From Amoebophrya sp. A120 (lineage: Eukaryota; Protista; Dinoflagellata), in assembly GCA_905178155.1 (NCBI GenBank), contig CAJINV010000001.1, positions 13,842,664 to 13,906,663 of the forward strand: a stretch of DNA of 64,000 bases, in the 5' to 3' direction. Position numbers and translations under genes: made by a program. Shown here piece after piece: positions 56,739 to 64,000 of the stretch (within the stretch, counting starts at the first letter, position 1; each line of letters opens with the position of its first letter). The notes under the pieces were generated by a model that did no database searches, was not told the origin of the DNA, and saw only the letters and a list, made by a program, of their open reading frames with translations.

Positions 56739-58237
56739 AAGAGAAATGTGTGAACTTATGTACTATGGGAATGATGTACCTCAAATTACTCAAATCCAAA
56801 TTTCTACCCAAGTTTTTAGTCCTCAATACCAGCATCGTAATTCTATTATGCATTTTCTGCTTCTTCCACCACGTTTTTTTTTCAAGACTCATTTCGAGTT
56901 TAAGCTTTGTGTACGTTGATGTTGTAGTTTCTAGCGTTTTTAACGTTGAGTGTAGCTGTCACAACAAGATCCTGTTTCCTTATACCGGTTTCTCATCAGC
57001 TTCAGCTATCAGTTTCTTTATCCTTACTTTGTACACACTGTTGGTCTATTGCATTTTTCTAACATTGTTCGGTGTAAAATCAGTGGTGTATGCTCTTCGA
57101 GCCCCGAGCATTGATTTCACGATTAGGTTTCCTCTTCTCTCGATAGCAGAACTACTTCGCGGATGCTTTGTTTCTTGAGTGATTTAGTAGAACTGCAGGT
57201 AGCATCAACAGCTCTTTTGACGGTTAGCTCGTGTAGCTTGTGTAGGATGAGCCTGACGCGTCATGGCTGCAGATACTTATGATGAATATGTGATTCCTTT
57301 TGACATTGTGACTGTTTTTCTGTTCTTGAAATTTTTTGACTGTAACCTAAAAACTTTATCGCCATACCACTAGTTTTTTCCGAAGCTGTAGACGATGAAC
57401 AGCAACCAATGCTAGCGAAGCAATACGCAAACGTATACAAGTTTTTTCCGCGTATGCAGCAAGGGCAATAAGGCGTATTGCGATCAACTTGCACTATTTC
57501 GTAGTTGTTTCTCAAAGAGAAGTGCGGGTGACTTTCTCTTTTGAACTTCTTTTTGCTTATATAAAAATCTACTCTCAACGTCAACAACAGATGAACTTGC
57601 AAGTTTGTAACTGTGATTCATCTGCTGGCGAAGAGCATGAAGGTATCTACGACATCAAAAACTTGCACAAGTTGCAGGCGTTATCTTCTGCCGAGTGGTA
57701 AGGCAGTTTGCGACTTGTTTCCTCACAGTGTGTTTCAGATATTTCAAGACGGGGCCGATGCATCAATATCATGTTGCCGTCGAATCTGAGCTAGTAATAC
57801 ATACTCGCCTCTTTGACCTTGTTGTTGTTTGTGTTTCCTCTTTTTGGGTCTTCTATTCGGGTCTTCTGCTTTCGGTGCAAGATTTTTTCCTTCCCGTGAT
57901 GATTGTTGTGCATTTTTTGGAAATTAATGGTCAACGAACTTGATATTCTGATGTTGGAAACGAGACGTTTGGAAGGCAAAGCTACAGAACTCGGTTTCTT
58001 TCTGCAGATCGTTTCTACACACCGTTCATGATCGTTGGACGGGCGACAAATCGCAGATCTATTTGTTTGCTGCAACTTAAACCGTGCTTTGCTGAGGTTG
58101 GTTTTGCGAGGAAAAACGGCAAAGTTTTAGTGGGTCCGTCTTCCGCATGGCATAAGGATGATCTGATGCAATAAAAGAAAAGGGACCACAGCTGGTTCTG
58201 GTACAAGATTAAGATACGAGATACACCGTCATCGAAG

Positions 58238-61200
58238 ATGGAAGAAGTTGTTCTTGACGCACATGAACAAGAGCAGGAGGCCGAGCATGAAGGAGCGCCC
58301 GCATCCAGCTTTTCTCTACCGCCGATGTCGTTGACGTCTGTAGCAGGCGTAGCGGCGGCGCATCGCAGCAGACTGAGCACTTTGCTCGCTCCGAAAAATG
58401 TTGCGGGCCAACATGCTGCTACACCGGGTGGAGCTTCTGCTTCAGGAGCGTTGATTGCAGCAGGGGGCTCAGGAGCCTGGAACTTTTTGGGCGGCAGGAG
58501 AAGCGTACAGTTCGCACGACCTCGCGGACATAGCATTGCAGCCCCGCAGTCATATGTGTTCCAGCAGGCCTGCGGCGCCGACGTTTTTGCGACAAGTAGC
58601 ACAGGAGCTCGTGCTCCTCCAAGCCAGGTTGCAGAGCACGAAGATCGCGGTTTCCTTCTTGGAGGGACACCGAGCGCTAGCACCGGAACTCCATCTCGGA
58701 CATCTATGGCGCCCCTGTCATTGTTGCGAAGAGAAGAGCAAGACCAGAATTTTGTCGGGAGACTTGCAACTACAGGATCCACGACCGTTGAAAGCAGGGA
58801 TCTGATGCACACACACCAGACAGGAAGTGGACGAGAGCAGCTCTCCAGTAGCTTTTTACTCAGCAGCAATGCTACCCGCGCAGCTGGTCATCGGGGGAGT
58901 GTGCAGCCCTTGTCCTCGGGGTCTTTCGGGAGCCGTCCCCGTGGCGCTTCGTTTGCGGTACTGTCCTCGGCAACATCTGGAGGATCATTCAAAGCTCCGC
59001 AGCTTTTGGCAGCACAAAATATGAGTGCTGCTGGTGTGGGACCGGACGAGGATCGGCCTAGTACCGGCACGGCGACGGTTGCGGATGGCGGTTTTTCTAG
59101 CGAATCCGGACAACTACATCTCTCCACTGCGAAGGGCGAAACTACCGGAAGGCACGAGGAAGAAAAGACAGGAACTGCCAGATCAGATGCATATGCAGGT
59201 GTTCCTCTTCCTACCCGCAAGACCACTGCGGGAGCTGCACGCCGACTGGCTGGAACCGGAATCTCTTATGGCGGGGATGCGTGGCGCGCGGCTGTGATCA
59301 TTCAAAAGTGGTTTCGCGGGGATCGAACAAGGAGGAAAGCCCAGGCGTTGCACCACGAATGGCAGACTTTGTTCCGGCAGTTGCACGCAATGGAGCGCAG
59401 GTGCAGTAATCCCTACGCAAACAGGTCCTGGCTTCGCGAGCACTCGGTGCCGGCGAAGCAGGAAAGGGACCTGTCGCTCGACAAATCTAGTAAGCGTGCG
59501 TCCGGGGGTTGTACTGCACGACCCACAAATAAAAACAACCGGAGTAGTCAGCAGGGACGACGGAACAACTCTAGCTCGGCAAATCGAGGAAGTAGCAGTA
59601 GCACCTCCGGCGCACCGGCGGACGCCGAGTCTGGTTCTGGCGAGGTGCAGATTTTCGTTCGATCACCGCGGAAAAAGTCGGTTTTTCGAAAGCTAGAACT
59701 CGATATGGGCAGCGGCGCGTGGTCCGTTGTGGCGCCCGCCGAAAGTGCTCCTGTGCCAGGTGGGACGACGACGCGTAATAGAGCGAGCACCGCGATCAAC
59801 GGCGCTCTATCGCCAGCAAGGTCGGGCTCTCTGTCCCCCGCGTCGAGCGTTGGAGGGGGCAGCGGTAGTACGAAAAACAAGTCTGCACTCGCACAAGTCT
59901 CTACTACCTTTACTTCACCACTGGCTCCGACTAGGCGAAGTCGAGCACTAGTGTCGTGTGATGGCAGCACAAAAATAAAGCCGACTGAGAACAGCACTAG
60001 ACGGCCTTCTCCTGTTTCCCAGCAAACAAAGGCGAATGTTGTTCCTGTGGTTCCACCTTCTCCGACGTCAAACGCAACTGCAAGTGCAAGGAGAGGCCGA
60101 GCAACAAGTGACAAAAAACCTACTCATTCAACATCCGGGTCTCGCTCCCCCTCACCAAGTCCAAGCCCGAGCAGCAACGCGACAAGCAGGCCGCGTGCAT
60201 CAACTAGCTCCGCTGCAGGTGGGAACGATAGTACAGTGGAAAAAAAGAAGTCGAGTTCCTCCAGCGCTTCTCGCGGAAGGAACAACATGAAGGATACGCC
60301 GAACGCAGACGGCAGCAATAGGAGGCCGCTGAAGGATAGCGAGAAGCGCATGATGACGGCAAGCGTGCAGCAGGCGCTGGCCTTGGCGGTGGCCGCGACT
60401 CCGAAAAATTTGAGTCCGCGCAACAGCCTGACGCCTCGCAACCTGAGTCCGCGGGGCAGCTTGACGCCGCGCAGCAGGGCGGGCAGCCTGTCGCCACGCA
60501 GTGCGAGCCCGCGGGGCAGCTTCAGTTTGCCGAATGGGAAATCTCTGGAGGAAACGCTGGGGACGCAGAAGGAGGTCCCGATCATGCAAGCGGACGGGGT
60601 GCTGCTGTTCCCGAAGCGTGAGGTACGCGCCTCGGACAGCCGAAGGTCCTCCGTGGCGGGGAGCGAGCGGTCGGATGACTCTGCCCCAGATATTCCCATG
60701 GATGAGAACCTGATTTTGGAAGAGCAAGAGAGCAGTAGAGCGATGAAGCAGAAGCTGCACCCGCAGGACAAAAACGAAGAGAAAAGCGTAGCGGAGCCGG
60801 AAAAGGGGGTAGAAGTGCCAACTTTGAGTGCGCGGGAAAACACCGATGAAATAAATGGGACCGCCACGACTTCGGAGGAAGTACAGGATGGCGAAAAATC
60901 TGAAAGAAACTTAACCCGTCCAGAAGAAGTAGAAGATCAAGACTCTAAGTCCTCAAAAATACAGACCACGACGACTAGCAACGACAATAAAACTTCTGAG
61001 CAAGGGAACAAAAACAAAAATTCCAACATCCCACAGAAAATATCTTCTACTTCTTCCGTTCCGACCGGTAGTCCTTCTTCCGTTCCGACCGGCAGTCCTT
61101 CTCCGACAGCACAGCAATGCGAGACCGATCGATTACTGCAGTCCGCGAACAGCAGCTCGACGTCTAACTCGAAAGAAAAAAGTTGGCGCCCATCGGTTCT

Positions 61201-63016
61201 CCGATTTGACGGCATTCGCCAGCGTTCGTTCGGTAGCAAAGAGAAGGACGGTGTCAACAGTAGCAGTCGCGGCAGCAAGGATCTTGTCCAAAACGCGACG
61301 GTGCGCATCGCAGCGTCGGGTGACGAAGCTGAAGAAATGATGGCGGAGATGGACCATGTTGAACAAGAACAGATGGAGAATGTTGGACAAGGCCCGTCTT
61401 CAGATGAGGACGATGAGGACCACCTCCCAGGTCGTGGTACAGCGAGGACGAATTATGGGCCACGCGTGGATCGGAAAAGTAAGAAGACACGCGTTCGTGT
61501 AGTTTCTTCACCGAAAGAGCACAAAAATAGTGAACCACGCGAAAGTTGTTCCACTTTTGCAAGCAGGTCGAAATTGCGACCTTTCGAGATAACAAGCCCG
61601 TCGCTCGCACGCCTGGCTTCGCCAGTCCCGAAAGCGCGACGCGACCCATCGCCACTCACGCTCCAGCCCTGCAGAAGCAGTCTGAGAATATTGCTGGGAG
61701 GAGGCGGGTACAACATGGGAAGTCCATCGTCCAGCCCGGCGACCGCAAAGAGCAAGCCCGTCGAGCAAGGTAAAGCAACGGCAGATGGGGCTGATGCCAC
61801 AAAGGCAAGTGGTGCAACAAAACCAGAAAAGGAAATCAAAATCGTCCCGTTTGCAGAGCAGCTTTTCGTGGACACGCCGGACAAAAGAAAGTTTGCAACG
61901 GCACTTGCAAAGACTGCCGGCCAGAACATGATGAATTTGTTGCTTTTGCTCGAGGAGACCCAGCAGAAGGAGCGTTGCCGCGGATCTTCCAGTGTGAAAA
62001 AGGATAAAGAATCGCTGTTGATGTCGAACGGAGAAATAACGAAGCCACGACGGCCCCGGCCGCTTTCACGCGGGCCGAGCTCTCATTCAGAAGCACAAGA
62101 GAAGCCGCGCACGTCGACGCAGTCACCCCGGGGTCGCAGTCGTAGCTTGAGTCGTAAGGCCTCCTCATCTCCCTCTTGTCGGATCAGTAGCAGAGGAGCT
62201 AAAACAGCACGGGGATATGGGTCGCGCGCTTCTCGAAAAATGTCCAGGTCTCCTGACTCGTTCACTTCATCTGCGATGAAGCTGAAAGGAAGTAGTATCT
62301 CGACACCCAGTGGCGGCAAGGGGGCTAGCGAAAGCGCGAGTGCAGCAACGCGGTATTCCGTCGCAGACTTCAAAACTGGATGGAAACGGTTGGCAGATTC
62401 GCGCAACCCCAGCGAGTGGGGAGGTCCAGCGGTTGTACGCCGCACGCGTATTTTCAAGGAGGACAGTATTCTTGGCAGCGACAATTTGCAGGGAGTTACT
62501 GGAGTAGACCAAAGACAATCCCTAGACGACAAATTAGAAAGCCTCCTCCAACAGGAACGGCACGATCCGAACCGTGCCCGATTGTCAATGGATTTTTTGC
62601 CCAGAGCTTTCGAAGTGCTCGAAGGCGGTGCTGGCACCTTTCGCACGGAAAAGAAGGCACTGAACACCCAGGAATCTTCATCAGGCGACAACAGAGCATC
62701 CATTTGGTCGTCTCCGAACACAAAAAAACACCACGTACGCATTCCAGGCGTGGACGGCTTTGTGTTCTATCACGAGCGGTTGCGTCTTACGGGGGACACC
62801 ATTGCCGGAAAGGGTGGGGGGAACCACCAACACAACGTGGGCTTCATCGGTAGCACTCCGATAGGATCCCGCGGCAAAAATAAGGCAGCAGCGACCCTAC
62901 AAACGCGAGGACATCAGACGATCTTGGACAAGGTTCTGTTGCAGCCGTTGTCATTACAGCTGCCCACGAGCCTCGACTTGAAGAAAAATCACGGCGGTGC
63001 ACCAGCATTGGAGTGA
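58238..63016 (+). CDS. Large Ser/Arg-rich, probably disordered protein with one IQ calmodulin-binding motif (1,592 aa)
   Basis: 4.8-kb uninterrupted ORF. AAVIIQKWFRGDRTRRK fits the IQ consensus. Many SP/TPR repeats. Confidence 0.7.
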   Translation: MEEVVLDAHEQEQEAEHEGAPASSFSLPPMSLTSVAGVAAAHRSRLSTLLAPKNVAGQHAATPGGASASGALIAAGGSGAWNFLGGRRSVQFARPRGHSIAAPQSYVFQQACGADVFATSSTGARAPPSQVAEHEDRGFLLGGTPSASTGTPSRTSMAPLSLLRREEQDQNFVGRLATTGSTTVESRDLMHTHQTGSGREQLSSSFLLSSNATRAAGHRGSVQPLSSGSFGSRPRGASFAVLSSATSGGSFKAPQLLAAQNMSAAGVGPDEDRPSTGTATVADGGFSSESGQLHLSTAKGETTGRHEEEKTGTARSDAYAGVPLPTRKTTAGAARRLAGTGISYGGDAWRAAVIIQKWFRGDRTRRKAQALHHEWQTLFRQLHAMERRCSNPYANRSWLREHSVPAKQERDLSLDKSSKRASGGCTARPTNKNNRSSQQGRRNNSSSANRGSSSSTSGAPADAESGSGEVQIFVRSPRKKSVFRKLELDMGSGAWSVVAPAESAPVPGGTTTRNRASTAINGALSPARSGSLSPASSVGGGSGSTKNKSALAQVSTTFTSPLAPTRRSRALVSCDGSTKIKPTENSTRRPSPVSQQTKANVVPVVPPSPTSNATASARRGRATSDKKPTHSTSGSRSPSPSPSPSSNATSRPRASTSSAAGGNDSTVEKKKSSSSSASRGRNNMKDTPNADGSNRRPLKDSEKRMMTASVQQALALAVAATPKNLSPRNSLTPRNLSPRGSLTPRSRAGSLSPRSASPRGSFSLPNGKSLEETLGTQKEVPIMQADGVLLFPKREVRASDSRRSSVAGSERSDDSAPDIPMDENLILEEQESSRAMKQKLHPQDKNEEKSVAEPEKGVEVPTLSARENTDEINGTATTSEEVQDGEKSERNLTRPEEVEDQDSKSSKIQTTTTSNDNKTSEQGNKNKNSNIPQKISSTSSVPTGSPSSVPTGSPSPTAQQCETDRLLQSANSSSTSNSKEKSWRPSVLRFDGIRQRSFGSKEKDGVNSSSRGSKDLVQNATVRIAASGDEAEEMMAEMDHVEQEQMENVGQGPSSDEDDEDHLPGRGTARTNYGPRVDRKSKKTRVRVVSSPKEHKNSEPRESCSTFASRSKLRPFEITSPSLARLASPVPKARRDPSPLTLQPCRSSLRILLGGGGYNMGSPSSSPATAKSKPVEQGKATADGADATKASGATKPEKEIKIVPFAEQLFVDTPDKRKFATALAKTAGQNMMNLLLLLEETQQKERCRGSSSVKKDKESLLMSNGEITKPRRPRPLSRGPSSHSEAQEKPRTSTQSPRGRSRSLSRKASSSPSCRISSRGAKTARGYGSRASRKMSRSPDSFTSSAMKLKGSSISTPSGGKGASESASAATRYSVADFKTGWKRLADSRNPSEWGGPAVVRRTRIFKEDSILGSDNLQGVTGVDQRQSLDDKLESLLQQERHDPNRARLSMDFLPRAFEVLEGGAGTFRTEKKALNTQESSSGDNRASIWSSPNTKKHHVRIPGVDGFVFYHERLRLTGDTIAGKGGGNHQHNVGFIGSTPIGSRGKNKAAATLQTRGHQTILDKVLLQPLSLQLPTSLDLKKNHGGAPALE

Positions 63017-63686
63017 TTGACCGTGTTGTATACATCATCTCCTGGATCTGTGTCTTGTAAACTCATCTCTTGGAACACTACGAAGATGCCGTAGCGACTT
63101 TGCTAATGTACTTTTTTGTTTGTCACACTTTTCCTTTTGTTGTTGTTTGTAAATAGAAGTAGCTTCAGATTCAGTGCCAATACCCATAGTTTCAGCTAGG
63201 TTAAAACAGTAATACAGTTTCCATCAGGATTAGTGCACGCAAAAGTAAAAGAGTAAGAGTCATCATCATACATGAATGAATGTTAAGAAAGTTAAAGTGA
63301 AATGCACACAGTCTGAGTTTATTGATCATGGTTAATAGTTTTCAAAGTTTCAGAACGCCTTGCCTTTGCGTGGTGGACAGAAATCTGTACGACGAAGGAA
63401 TCTTTTTTTGCGGTTCAATGCAGCAGAGTGTTGCAGCAGCTGGACGAATGAATCCAAGCGCTACGATGTGTGTCAGCCGCAGCCCGGAACGGTTTTGAAA
63501 GCTGCACGATGAACTCGTTATCGAGTTTTGATGGAGAGTGAGTTGTTGCTCGAGACAGTTTTGCTTGATTATGCTGCAGCTTGAGCGCTAGCTACGCATA
63601 GAGGGTGCACGAGGGCAGATGACTTGAAAAATTTGTTGATGAGAGGTTGTTGTTTGATTCTCCCCTTAGTATGTACGCAGACCATC

Positions 63687-64000
63687 ATGGCGCCATCGAT
63701 ACGGCCTCACTGTGCAACAACTGCCGCTGCATTCTGGCCTCGGAAGTCGTGCTACGGGACGCGTTTGTTCTTCCACGGGAAGATGCTAGTATCACTTCTG
63801 CTCTATCTTCACGGTCTAGGTGCGCCAGCCGCCGCAGGAACAACCGACGCACTGAGCACCGTGTTCTCCGCCGGAGATGAGACGCACGACAGCGCCGCGC
63901 TGACGGCAGAGCTCCTGCGGGACACGGAGGTGTTACGGTATGCCATGCCGGACGTGAAAGTTCTGGAGAACGGGTGCTCGGTTTCGCAGTACGAGACGGT
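63687..64000 (+). CDS. 5' part of a gene running off the window, possible signal peptide
   Basis: ATG at 63687 opens a frame without stops to the window end (MAPSIRPH...MLVSLLLYLHGLGAPAAAG...YAMPDVKVLENG). Confidence 0.45.
   Translation, partial: MAPSIRPHCATTAAAFWPRKSCYGTRLFFHGKMLVSLLLYLHGLGAPAAAGTTDALSTVFSAGDETHDSAALTAELLRDTEVLRYAMPDVKVLENGCSVSQYET

Noticed and set aside
56705-57178. 157-aa hydrophobic ORF after the channel gene
   Set aside because: T-rich 3' UTR/intergenic composition explains the hydrophobic translation, and codon usage is unlike the real genes.

Overview
Eukaryotic, gene-dense window in which every credible gene lies on the + strand. Features point to the parasitic dinoflagellate Amoebophrya or a close relative (inference): unidirectional genes, many non-GT-AG introns that are TIR/TSD-bounded MITE-like 'introners', and A-rich canonical acceptors. 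Host genes are a CMGC-type protein kinase, an unknown ~980-aa protein, a ~2,750-aa TSP1/Kazal/PAN surface protein, a DGAT2-family acyltransferase, a nocturnin-like EEP phosphatase with huge insertions, a ~4,260-aa polycystin/TRPP channel broken by 12 introns, an IQ-motif Ser-rich protein and a partial gene at the right edge. Twelve TIR+TSD elements sit inside coding sequence. In each case exact removal of the element plus one TSD copy restores the frame, and two families occur in both orientations. The most striking object is an intact 10,021-bp tyrosine-recombinase retrotransposon (9709-19729) inserted in an exon at a GAA core. Its layout is A1-gag-YR-B1A2-RT/RNaseH-B2, it carries a covarying C-CUCY-G hairpin family, and its terminal repeats contain a matched donor/acceptor pair (CAG|GTACC). 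Splicing at that pair would leave a 48-nt scar with no stop codon in any frame, so the retroelement may mask itself as an intron. All splicing models are derived by hand from the DNA and need RNA evidence.
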